DNA of 64,000 nucleotides, taken from assembly GCA_047459655.1 (NCBI GenBank), contig JAJREF010000005.1:128001-192000 (forward strand), read 5' to 3'. Shown piece by piece: positions 1-10,679 of this stretch; position 1 is the stretch's first letter, and each line of letters begins with the position of its first letter. The translations under genes were made by a program, and so were the position numbers. The notes under the pieces are model-generated. The model searched no databases, was not told where the DNA came from, and worked only from the letters and a program-made list of their open reading frames with translations. Origin of the DNA: Rhabdochlamydiaceae bacterium. GTDB taxonomy: Bacteria > Chlamydiota > Chlamydiia > Chlamydiales > Rhabdochlamydiaceae.

Positions 1-673
1 TGTGTGATTGTCACCTTTGTTCTTCTTTTTTTGTGATTCCCTCCATGAAAGAGTTATTTGAGGGAAGAGAGCTCCACACATTAACAACCGTTGTCCTCTT
101 TTCTAGCCAGTTTTTACGCACACATATTTTAGCTTTAGGGTTAACAATCGTTTCTTTAGTCGGTGGGAGTATTTTGCTATTTCGTCAAAAAAGCACGCAG
201 GTTTTCTTGCAAAAGATGCTCCTCTCTTTACCTATTTTAAAGACCATTTTTTTACAGTCGGCACTTATTCGATTTTGTAGAGCTTGCTCGATCCTATTAG
301 AGGGGGGCGTGCCTTTATTAGAATCCTTGCGTCTTTCTCGAAAAGTGATGCATAATCTCCCCTTAGAAGCCGTCATGGAGAGTGCTGAGAAAAGGATTAT
401 GGAGGGGCTTTCCTTCAGTTCAGAGCTAAAAAATTCCCCCTCATTCCTTCGCTGATGGTTCGCATGTTGGAACTTTCTGAAGAAACAGGTAATATGGGAG
501 GCAATTTGGGCAATATTGCAGACATCTACGAAGAAGAACTCAGCAAGAGCCTTGAGCAAATCACAGCCGTTCTTCAACCGGCCCTGCTACTTTTATTAGG
601 ATTAATCGTAGGGATAGTGCTCGTGTCTGTACTGCTCCCGCTCACTGACGTGAGTTCGTTACTAGACACTTAA
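1..673 (+). CDS. gspF: Type II secretion system inner-membrane protein F, C-terminal part (5' truncated by window; frameshift ~450)
   Basis: T2SSF motifs 'RFCRACSILLEGGVPLLESL' and 'MLELSEETGNMGGNL..IADIYEEE..LQPALLLLLG'; ORFs 33-455 and 455-673 join. Confidence 0.9.
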
Positions 674-684
674 AAAGGAAAATT

Positions 685-1113
685 ATGAAAAGAAAAAAAA
701 GACCCATCACTCTCATGGAGATCATGATCGTCATCCTTTTGATAGGGGTGATCAGTAGTGTTGTTGGCTACAACATGAAAGGCAGCTTAGACAAGGGTAA
801 GGCCTTCAAATCTAAGCAGGGCGCCGCAAAGATTCAGCAGATCCTATTGTTTGAATCTATTGATAAAGACATTCCGTTGGAAAAGTTTATAACAGCAGCA
901 GGCAAAGAAGCATATATCAAGCATCTGATTAACTCAGGTCTTTTCAAAGATACAAAAGACTGTACGGATGGATGGGGCGAGCCTTATGTGATTAGCATAG
1001 AAAAAGGCGAGCTTATTGTCGATTCACCTAAGTTAAAAGATTATGAGAAATCTCACACTCTTAAAATTGATTCAAAAACTACAAAATCTACCCCAGAGGC
1101 TACAGGCGGTTAA
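685..1113 (+). CDS. T2SS pseudopilin (GspG-like)
   Basis: Prepilin-type N-terminus 'ITLMEIMIVILLIG', 'DGWGEPY' motif, directly after gspF. Confidence 0.85.
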   Translation: MKRKKRPITLMEIMIVILLIGVISSVVGYNMKGSLDKGKAFKSKQGAAKIQQILLFESIDKDIPLEKFITAAGKEAYIKHLINSGLFKDTKDCTDGWGEPYVISIEKGELIVDSPKLKDYEKSHTLKIDSKTTKSTPEATGG

Positions 1114-1619
1114 TTGAAGAAAAGATCTTTTACCCTTTTAGAGATCATGATGGCCATGATGATCATGACCATTATCGCCGGAGTTGTTGGCTTTGAGCTG
1201 AAGGCGATGATGGGTATTCACCGCTTTCGGCATGATACATGGAGGGTAAAAGAACACCTAGAAAGAGCCCAGCTCTTGGCTTTGATTTATAATGCTGACT
1301 TAGAGGTTACCATCGCTAAGAAAAAAATATGTGGGTTCTAACAACACATAGCGATGAGTTAGCCCTTCAGTCGTTAAATAAAGTGCGCACGTCTCTAGAA
1401 GGTATTCACTCGATTTCTTTACTGGGCCCATCTAAACACAAACCCCCTATTGTATTACATATCTTGTCTAATGGGAAAATCGACCCCTCAGGGGCTTTAA
1501 AGATGGAAGGAAAGGATAGGGTTCGTTACGTAGATTTTCAAGTGCCTATTCAAATTAATTTTGCAGAAGCCTATACTAGGCCTGCAGAGATGGCAATTCC
1601 TGACAAACCAAAAAGGTAG
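1114..1619 (+). CDS. Minor pseudopilin with prepilin-type N-terminal motif (frameshift in A run ~1325)
   Basis: 'SFTLLEIMMAMMIM' N-methylation motif; ORFs 1114-1341 and 1329-1619 join. Confidence 0.8.
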
Positions 1620-1621
1620 CT

Positions 1622-2074
1622 GTGCAACTAACCAGTCCGGCATTTAAACAAGGGGAAAGCATCCCTTCCCTTTATACCTGTCAGGGGAAAGACATCAATC
1701 CCCCTCTTATTATTTCAAACGTTCCCAAAAATGCAAAAGCCCTTGTGTTGATCATGGATGACCCTGATGTGCCCCTTTCTTTACGTAAAGATGGGATGTG
1801 GGTGCATTGGGTTATTTTTAATATCCCTCCAGAAACAAGAAATATCGAGGAGAATACAAACTCAATGGGAATTTTAGGAAAAGGCACGCGCGGTGATAAC
1901 AGGTACCAGGGGCCCTGTCCGCCCGACAGAGAGCATCGCTATTTCTTCAAACTCTACGCGTTAGATTCTTTATTGAACTTGAAAGTTGGAGCTACAAAAG
2001 AAGAGGTTGAACAAGAGATGGAAGGGCATGTTCTAGCCTATTCAGAGCTTATGGGAAAGTACCAGAAAAAATAA
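1622..2074 (+). CDS. YbhB/YbcL family PEBP (Raf kinase inhibitor-like) protein
   Basis: 'LIMDDPD', 'WVHW', 'YQGPCPP..HRYFFKLYALD' motifs. Confidence 0.93.
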   Translation: MQLTSPAFKQGESIPSLYTCQGKDINPPLIISNVPKNAKALVLIMDDPDVPLSLRKDGMWVHWVIFNIPPETRNIEENTNSMGILGKGTRGDNRYQGPCPPDREHRYFFKLYALDSLLNLKVGATKEEVEQEMEGHVLAYSELMGKYQKK

Positions 2075-2112
2075 AATTTTCAGGAAAAACACCTCAGCTT
2101 AACCAAAGAAAG

Positions 2113-2142
2113 TTGACAAATAAATTATTTAATCCTTATGTT
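2113..2142 (+). promoter_or_regulatory. Putative sigma66/sigma70-type promoter
   Basis: TTGACA (2113-2118), 18-nt spacer, TATGTT (2137-2142), upstream of ORF 2189 with GGAGG RBS. Confidence 0.5.
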
Positions 2143-2188
2143 GCGGATTAGAGTAATTCTCTATTTCTGTAACCCTTAAGGAGGGAAG

Positions 2189-2566
2189 ATGGAACATGTA
2201 ATGTGTTTGGCCGGTATATTTGGGCCGTTTTTAGCAATTGTTGGTCTCTGGATGCTGCTCTATGCAGATAGTTTAGTAAAAGTATGGACAGCGATTAAAA
2301 ATTCTCCAGCTTTAGTATACTTAATCAGTGTGATTACCCTTTTATTGGGTATCATCATTGTAAAAGTATACAACGTATGGGCATGGGATGCTTATTTGCT
2401 TGTAACTTTATTAGGATGGTTATTTGTTGTGCGTGGACTATTAGGTCTATTTGTTCCACAACTATTGATCAAATGGACAATGGGAAAGCCTGCTGCCGCA
2501 AAAATTCAAGGAATCGTTCCTTTTGTTTGGGGCTTAGCGCTCTGCTGGCTTGCTTATTTCATGTAA
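2189..2566 (+). CDS. Hypothetical integral membrane protein (~4 TM)
   Basis: Intact hydrophobic ORF with RBS, promoter-like site and terminator. Confidence 0.8.
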   Translation: MEHVMCLAGIFGPFLAIVGLWMLLYADSLVKVWTAIKNSPALVYLISVITLLLGIIIVKVYNVWAWDAYLLVTLLGWLFVVRGLLGLFVPQLLIKWTMGKPAAAKIQGIVPFVWGLALCWLAYFM

Positions 2567-2583
2567 TTTATTTCTATGAAAGG

Positions 2584-2616
2584 AAACGCCTTTTATTTCC
2601 AAAAGGCGTTTTTTTT
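2584..2616 (+). terminator. Rho-independent terminator between convergent genes
   Basis: AAACGCCTTTT-atttcc-AAAAGGCGTTT followed by T run. Confidence 0.8.
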
Positions 2617-2647
2617 GCCATTTCCGATCAAAAAACTCCACCGTGGA

Positions 2648-3945
2648 CTACTTACCAAGCTTGTTAATTCTTTCCTTTACCCCCGGTACTAGTCTATGAG
2701 CATTTGCTTGTTTCTCTGGGGAGATGTTGCTGCCAGTTTTTCTAGCTAGTAGAGTATCTATGTAATCGCCTACTTGGTCATGTACCTTTTGATAGGCAGC
2801 TGTAACAAGGGCTTCTACGAGTTTATGTATGGATTCCCTAGCTTCTTCGACTACACTTGGCAATCCGGGAGGATGTTCTAGGGGTTCCTTCAGACGAAGC
2901 GCTAGCTGTCCTAATGCGTAAGCAATTATCTCATCAGAGCGGAAGCTGTCCCAAACTGCTCGGAGCTCTCTTTGTAAGCGTTCGTTTTCAGTTTGCAAGC
3001 GATCTACTGCCCTTGCGCCGGCTTCCAATCTCTTCAATTTTTCTTTTGCAGCGTGAAGTTTAGTAAGGGCTTGATTTTGAGTTTCAGCTAAGGTTTTGTT
3101 CTCGGCTTCAAGAGAGCTTATTTCAGCTTTATGCTCTTCAGCTATTTTTTCCAATTTTTTGGCTTGATTTTCAAGGGTAGCAAGAACAGTTGTGTGTATT
3201 GTTTCTAATTTACCTTTCTCCTCTTTTAATTGAAGTATGTCTCTGCTATAATTTTGTTCCAACGTGGTCTTTTGAGCTTGAAGAGCGCGTATATCGTTTG
3301 TGTTTTTTCCTTCTGCTGTTTCGAGCATAGAAAGTCTAGCATGTTCTTGATCATAATTTGTTTTTAATTGATTCAGCTGAGCTTGAAGGTTATCAAGGGC
3401 AGCGAAGGCGTCGTCTCTTTGTTTTTCCAAATTCTTTTTTCTTCTTCAAGGGCAGCATATTTTGTCGTATATGTTTTTCTAGCATTTGCTGCTTTCTGTT
3501 CGATCTCCTTGAGTTTGGCAGCGTGGCTTGTCTCTAATTCAATTATTTTATTATTGAGGAACTCTTCGTGTTGTTTTTCTAAGGCAACCGTTAGCTCAGC
3601 AAGCTTGGCAGTGTGAGCTGCTTCCAATTGAGCTGTAGTTTGATCTATGTCCGCTTGAGATTCCTGCTGCGCAAGGTTAAATTTCTTTTTTTCTGCATCG
3701 AGATCGGCTAGAAGAGTTCTTCTATCAAGGAAAAATTTTATAGCAAAAGCGGCGGCAGCCACAATAGCCACTACGCAAAGAGCAATAATGGTAAAAGAGT
3801 GTTTTTGTATAAACGATGGCGGATTTGAAGAGGCAAGCGCGCGGCATCCACAATCAGCCACGCGTTTTGCAACGCTGTCTTGAGCATTTACAAGAGAAGG
3901 AAGCTGTGTTTGGGAACCAGTAGAGCCTATAGGTGAAAGGGGCAT
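2648..3945 (-). CDS. Membrane-anchored long coiled-coil protein, candidate secreted effector (frameshift ~3425)
   Basis: Ser/Thr/Pro-rich N-terminus, one hydrophobic segment, long E/K/Q/L heptad-rich region; ORFs 3373-3945 and 2648-3430 overlap and join. Confidence 0.7.
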
Positions 3946-4079
3946 ATATTATCCTCGCGGGTTATAATTTTTTACGTGTAATAATCAAAATTACACGTGA
4001 TTCGAAAAATTTTTCGAACCGATTGTAGTTTATGCCTTTTATTTATTACAACCGTGATTTTTCATATGTCTAATAATTT

Positions 4080-4242
4080 GAGACTGTTGCATAAGTGATC
4101 ATGTTTCTAAAAACGCATATTTTGCGATCTTTCGATTTTCGCTCGCCCCCTATGGGGTGTTCCGCATATGCGGGCTCGCTCAATTCAAAATCTCACCAAA
4201 ATGTGCTATTTTTCAAAACACGCTGACTTATGCAACGGTCTC
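4080..4242. repeat. Palindromic MITE-like element, family A copy 1 (163 bp)
   Basis: TIRs GAGACTGTTGCATAAGT / ACTTATGCAACGGTCTC; AATTT on both flanks; similar copy at 13446-13599. Confidence 0.85.
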
Positions 4243-4327
4243 AATTTCCATATATGAGTAGAGGGTTCTGGTTAATAAAGCCCTATCGCGCTAAAATCTC
4301 AAAAAGTATGAATGATAAGGAATATCT

Positions 4328-6928
4328 ATGAAATTTTTACAAACTATTTTTATATACGTTGTCTCTTTGATCGTGTTGAATTTAGGTGCTAGCGATAAGT
4401 TTTTAGCAGGACTTGAACAACTAAAGGTTCAAGAACCTCATTGGCAGCATGTAATTTTAGAGGGTTATCCTTCAGGGCAACCTGCAAGAATGCAGTTTTA
4501 TGAACTAGGAGAAGAAGATCAGAAACATCCTCTCAAGGAAATTTCTTTTTTCCCCAATGGGCAAATCAAAAGTGAAACCGATTTAACAACAGTTGATCAA
4601 GAATCTCCAGGCGCAATTTTTTGGAAAACCACCACTGTTCCTCAGGGAGTATCTGTTTCCTTGCATGAAAATGGAGGGATTGAAAAGATTGCTTTCTACA
4701 AAAAGGGGGTTTTACATGGGGAGATGAAAATCTTTTATCCCAGCGGTAAACTCAAAGGGATATGTGGGTTTTCTCAGGGGAAAAGGGAGGGAGCTGCTTA
4801 TACCTACTATGAAGATGAAACAAAAGCAGAAGAAATTAATTACCACGAAGATAAGATTGTTGGGAATTTGATCCGCTTTTTCCCCAATGGGAAAAGGGCC
4901 ATTTTAGTATCTTACCAAGACGGCGTGCCTCATGGCAGCGCTTTTGAATGGTTTGAAAGTGGAGCTTTAAAAGTCAGCAAACACTATGAAAAAGGGCTTC
5001 TCCATACAGAAGGAAAACACTCGGCCCTTATTGTTTACAATGAAGACCATGCCATTGTAGAAGTCCAAGATTTTAAACTGGGAGAGCCCATTGGGACACA
5101 TTTAAAATATCATCCTAACGGCAAGGAAAGTTATAAAGTTCAGTATAAAAATGGGAAAAAAATAGGAAAAGAACAATTTTTCACTGACGCGGGTGTTCTT
5201 TGCGGAGAAGGAACCTATCAGGAAGGAGTTGCAATAGGTGTTCATTGGAAGAATTATGATAATGGCAAAGAGGCCTACGTTGCAAAATTTGATGAGGCAG
5301 GCAAGCTTCTTGCTCCTGTCGAAGAGTTCAATCCAGCAGGGCAATGCGTTGCCAAATATACTCCGATAAATAACAAATACGAGGGCCTGTTCGAGCAGTG
5401 GTATGACGATGGAGTGCAGAAGACCATCTTTCATTATCAAAATGGAGAGTTTGAAGGGGATCAACAAGAATTCTTCCCTTCTGGACAGCTCAAATTACAC
5501 GTGATTTATCACAATAAAGAAAAAGATGGCCCTTATGAAGAATGGTATGAAAACGGACAACTGGCTTTAAAACTTACATTCAAAAATGGCATCAAAGATG
5601 GCCTTTTACAGGCCTATTTCCCGACGAGAGCTCCCAAATTAGAAGAGTATTACGTGGAGGGGCAGCTTGATAAGACCCGTAGAGAGTGGTTTGAAAATGG
5701 AAAACTTAAGGCAGAAGGATTTTTTGTCCTTGGGAAGAAAGAGGGAAGCTACAAAGAATGGAATGAAAAAGGAGATCTGCTCGTTGATGCATCTTATCAA
5801 AACGACCTTCCTCATGGAGTCATTAAAATTTGGTTTGAAAAAGACCGCCCTAAGCAGTCTCTTCAATTTGACCAAGGGAAAAAAGTGGGTAAAGAAGAGG
5901 AATACTGGGCCAACGGACAACTCAAGGGAACCGTTGTGTACAAAGATGACAAGATTGAAGGTAAAGTTGAGGCTTTTTATGAGGATGGATCCCCCTCTTT
6001 TATCAAAATTTTTCGAGAAGGACTTCCTGTGGGAGAGCACAAAGTCTTTTATAGATTTGAAGATGCTAAGAAAAAAGAGTGCCTAGCTAGAGTGATGCGT
6101 TTCAATGAAGAAGGGCAGTTAGATGGAGAGCAAAAAGCATTCTATGCCGACGGTACCTTACAAGAACTAACGCAGTATCAGCAAGGTGAATTGCATGGAA
6201 TAGTAGGCAGATGGGACAAAGATGGCAATATCGTAGAAGAGATGTGGTACGAAAATGGCAAGTTAAACGGACGCTTCTTCAAAAAGCAGAGGATGGAAGG
6301 GAACTGATTTTCCATTATGACAATAACCGTAGACACGGCCCGCACATTGTCTACTACCCCCGCATGAAGTTTTGGAAAGAAAAAAGCACTTGAAATGAAC
6401 TTTGAACATGGAGAGATCCAGGGTGACATGATCGAGTATGATGAGGGCGGCAATAAAATTGCAGTCACAGTCTTCAGAAAAGGTCAGCCAGATGGGTTAT
6501 TGGAGCGGTTTGATCCTAAGGGCAACTTGCTTATGAGGGTAAATTACGTAGCAGGTAAACGGGAAGGTTCTGCTTTTGAGTATTATCCCAATGGAAAAAT
6601 TTACAAAGAGATGCAGTACGTTGACAATGAGAAAGAAGGGGTAGAAAATAGTTATTTCCCCGATGGGAAACTATCTAGCTCTACCCACTACATGAGTGGC
6701 AAGTTACACGGGCTTTCATGTCAGTGGAATGAGAAGGGCGTTTTGACCTTTGAAGGGGAATATATAAAGGGTCTTCGTCATGGGAAGTTTAATAAGTACT
6801 ACGAAGATGGTAAACCACACCTCTTGCAGGTATACACCGATGACCAACTAAATGGGATCAAGAAAGCCTATGATGTAAAGGGCAGCTGCCAACAAACCAA
6901 ATGGGAAAAAGGAAAGAAAGTAGGCTGA
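4328..6928 (+). CDS. Large MORN_2-repeat (YwqK-family) protein with N-terminal signal peptide (frameshifts ~6285, ~6380)
   Basis: Repeated 'YxxGxxxG...Y.NG' units throughout; ORFs 4328-6307, 6211-6393 and 6395-6928 join. Confidence 0.88.
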
Positions 6929-8163
6929 GTTAACCCCATATAGAAGAGATAGGAGAGGCTGTGATTTTTCTCCAAAAGACAAATGGGTTGTTCCGGCATA
7001 TAAAAGAATCCCTTGTACGAATTTTTCTTTTGCCATTTCTTGAAAAGCTTTTAAGCTTTTTGCATCATCTGGCGATACGGTCTCGCTACTTTTGATTTCA
7101 ATGGCAACTAGCTTCCCTCCGGGGCCTTCGAGTATAATATCGATTTCAGAGTGTTGGTAGTCTCTGTAGTAGTACATCTGAATATTTTGTTCATTCCAAG
7201 AGAGTTGTTTTAAGAGTTCTAAAACAACAAAATTTTCTAGGATCTTCCCCATTAGGTTAGGATCTTTGCTTAGCCTTTCCCGATCCATGTTGAGAAGGAA
7301 CAGTTGTAGAGCTGTATCTGTGAGATAAATTTTTGGTGATTTGACTAGGCGTTTGCCTAAGTTTGTATGCCAAGGAGGGAGAAGGTGCACGAGAAAAAGC
7401 GTTTGTAGTAACCCTAAGTATCTGTGGAGAGTCATTGAAGAAAGTCTGAGCGCACGCGCTAGCTCTTCTACATTTAATAAGCAGCCGACTCGCGAAGCTA
7501 GTAAAATCAGAAGATTTGGGATTTCGGTGATATTTTCAATACGAGAGAGCTCTAGAATGTCTTTTTGTAATACAAGGGAGATGTAATCATTGAGCCAAGC
7601 ATTTTTTTGTTTTTCAGACTCTATTGACAAGAGTGTAGGATATCCTCCCTCAAAGATTTTACCCAGGAGAAGCCCTTTCGAGCATTCTACTGTTTCCCCT
7701 GTGGAGGGGATGTCTTGATTAAAAATTTTGTCTAAAAATGTTTCCTGTTGCCCTAAGATTTCTCCTTGGGAGAGTGGCCATAAATTTAATAATCGCAACC
7801 TTCCAGCCAAGGAGTCTCCTAGTTTAGGAATAAGAAGGGGATCTGCTGATCCAGTCAAGAGGTAGCGCCCGGAATTCTATTTTCATCTACGTCTTGTTTG
7901 ATCGGAAGAAAGAGTTCAGGAACCCTTTGTATTTCATCTAAAATAGCAGGCTTTTTGATGCGTGATATAAAACCTACTGGATCATCTTTTGCTGATAAAA
8001 AAGAGGGTAGATGGTCAAAAGATAGATAAGTATACTCTTTTTGACTCTGACTGATAGTTTTCATAAGAGTTGTTTTACCGGTTTGTCTTGCACCCCGTAA
8101 AAGAACAATAGGCATGAATCGAAGTGATTCGTAAAGTGTTGATAATATGTGTCTTGCAAACAT
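6848..8163 (-). CDS. AAA_14 ATPase with DUF4143 C-terminal domain (frameshifted)
   Basis: Walker A 'GARQTGKTT', Walker B 'ILDEIQ', 'LTGS', 'KSPKIYLTDT', 'EIDIIL..AIEIK'. Confidence 0.9.
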
Positions 8164-8259
8164 AATAAGCCTGAGTTGAAAATTTTACCACCGCATGTTA
8201 GATATTCTAACATATAAGTATAGATTTTTCAATGCCGATTATAATCGGTTCATTTGCAA

Positions 8260-8835
8260 TTACTTATGGCATTCGTATCGATGCAGGATTGATTTCCCGA
8301 AGCGCCTCGAATCTTTATGAACGAGGTGTGTAAGGGCAATCTGTTTTACATCAAGGCAAGAGGGTGAGGCTTCTTCAAGAAAAAGAGTCCCACCTTTTAT
8401 TAAAAGAGGGTGTTCATCTAAAAAAGAGAAACTTCTAGATGGATAGACGCAAGAGCGTAAGGTGGATCGCAGTAGATGATCTCGAACTGTGCATTTTTCT
8501 TGCTTAAGGACTCTAGGGCTTTTTTGACATCGTAGGTTAAGAGAGTCGCTTGCGTCTCGAGCTGCAATCTGCTCAGGTTATCCCGAATACAAGCAAGGGC
8601 ATCTTTCCCATTTTCTACGAGTGTTGCATGAGTAGCACCTCGGCTCAGCGCTTCAATTCCCATTGCACCACTTCCCGCAAAGAGATCTAAAAAGTGCGAT
8701 CCCTCTATTTCAGGCGCTAGCATGTCAAAAACCGCTTTGCGCACCAGCGCAGTCGTAGGACGTGTCTTGTCTCCTTTCAGGAGATTTTAGGGCGCGACTA
8801 CGCAGGCTACCGCCAATTATAGTAAGGTGACTCAT
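8260..8835 (-). CDS. rsmD: 16S rRNA (guanine966-N2)-methyltransferase (frameshifted)
   Basis: N-terminal 'LTIIGGSLRSR..TRPT' read from DNA; 'FLDLFAGSGAMGIEALSRGA', 'DPPY'. Confidence 0.92.
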
Positions 8836-8860
8836 TTCTAGTACCTAGATTTGGTGGAGT

Positions 8861-10679
8861 CTAGGAATGTGCGGGCTTGTTCGAGGAGCTCTTCTTCGCC
8901 ACTTGCAAGGTAGGCTTCGTAGGCTGTATGGGCTTGGCTGTGAGACCATTGCTTAGCAAGGACTCTGGGGTCGCTTTTTGCTTCTGCAAAAGAGATGTTT
9001 TCTTGATGGTGAAGAGTTGGTTTTTGTTTTTCCCTTGTAGCACGAGGGTGAAATTAGTCAGAGTTTCTGCTGTTCCATAGATGGTATAGGGGCGTTTGCT
9101 AAAAAGGCAGGGGAGCGCTGTTGAGGAAGAGTATAGTTTAATACGTCCCTTAGGATTTGCTTGAGAGATTGAAACGGAGATGTCTTTGGCAATAGGGTGC
9201 AGTAGATCAAGTACTAGTTTTGTAAGTTTTCTGGGGAAGCTAGCGTGAGTGTCAGAGTAGAGGAGGTGGCCATTATTTAAGCTGCTGAGTAGCTCTAAAA
9301 ACGCTAGGTTATTTCCTTCTCCTACTGCAGCCGTATATAAAGAGAGTCTTCCTTTATTTTTCTGTGCGAACGATTGGATGATCTTTCGTTGTTTTTCTTG
9401 GTTCAGGGAAGAGTCTCCGTCTGTCATTAAAATAACAGAGGTTGCTTCATTTTCTTGGACAGTCTCAGGAACGATTTTAGAAAGGGATTTGCAGAGGTCG
9501 GCTGCGCTGAAGTAACTGCCATGATCTTGCTTTTCTAAGAAAGCTTGAGCCATTTGGAGAGACTTTTTTGAATAGAGTAAAGGTTGTTCACTTAAAGAAA
9601 CGACTTTTTATCAAAGACCACGATGTTAAAGCGAGAGTTTTCCTCAAGGGAGCTGAGCGCACGGTTGACAGCGCGTTTTAAAAGTCTGGTAGCGATTTTT
9701 TCCAATAGAGTTGGTGCGGTCGATAAGAAAATAGTAATTTTGGTTCATTTGCTTACGCGACATATCGTATTTGGGGATTAGGGTAACAGAGAAATATCCC
9801 CCCTCTTCCCTTTTCATTGTACAAACTTCTACATCGAATCCTGCATCCCATGGAGCACCTATCGTTTCAGTGGCAAGGGGGTAATTGTCTTTTGCAGAAG
9901 ATGCCAGATTAGGGACAGGTGGAAGAGGTCTGTCTGTAACTGCAGGAGGAGGTGTGGTAATCACTATATCCATAGGAGGTTGGGGAGCTTGCAAAAAGAA
10001 TTCGCTCGTTGCTAGAGAAGGATTTGGCAAGGCATTATCTTCTAGAGATAGAATATTAGGCAGTTCTAGCTCTTTGGGGATATCAATGTAGGGAGCGTTT
10101 TTCTGCAAGGGCAGAATAATGAGGGGTCGTTGTAGAATCTAATTTTTTGTGGGTCTTTGCCTCTACAGGAATATCGATCTGGGGAATGAAGCTACCATTG
10201 AGTTCTTTTATGGGTTCTACCTTTGTAATGAAGGAAAGGGATGTCTCAGGCAGAATAAACTGTTCTAGCGAGTCTGAAGGGATGGGGATTTCAGCCGTTG
10301 CTATCTTGGGGTCCTCTACGAGTATGATATCTGCTGAGTCGGCAACGGCTACAGACTTTCCAAGAGGTTCACCGTTTTTTTCTAAAGAAGGTTGTTGCTG
10401 GTTGTGCGTGAGATATGATTTATCTTGGGATAGTTGTTTTTGCATGGGGATTTCAATGATCTGACTCATGACTTCTTCTAAAGAGATGTTTCTTTCCGAG
10501 AGATTGATATCTTCATCTCCTAGAGGAATCACCACAGAGGCAGGCTTTTGTGTTAAAGCCCCAAAATAAGGGCGCAAGAAAAGTGGTTGTTTATAAAATA
10601 TCCAACCAGCTCCTAAGTGAATGCCTACTGAAACAAAAAGACATGTATAAAAAAGACTTTTATTGTTTTTTAAGTTCAA
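8861..10679 (-). CDS. Membrane-anchored VWA-domain protein (several frameshifts)
   Basis: N-terminal TM, Pro/acidic linker, MIDAS-like 'FLIDRTNSI', 'VILMTDG'; ORFs 10083-10679, 9644-10108 and 8861-9553 join. Confidence 0.75.
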
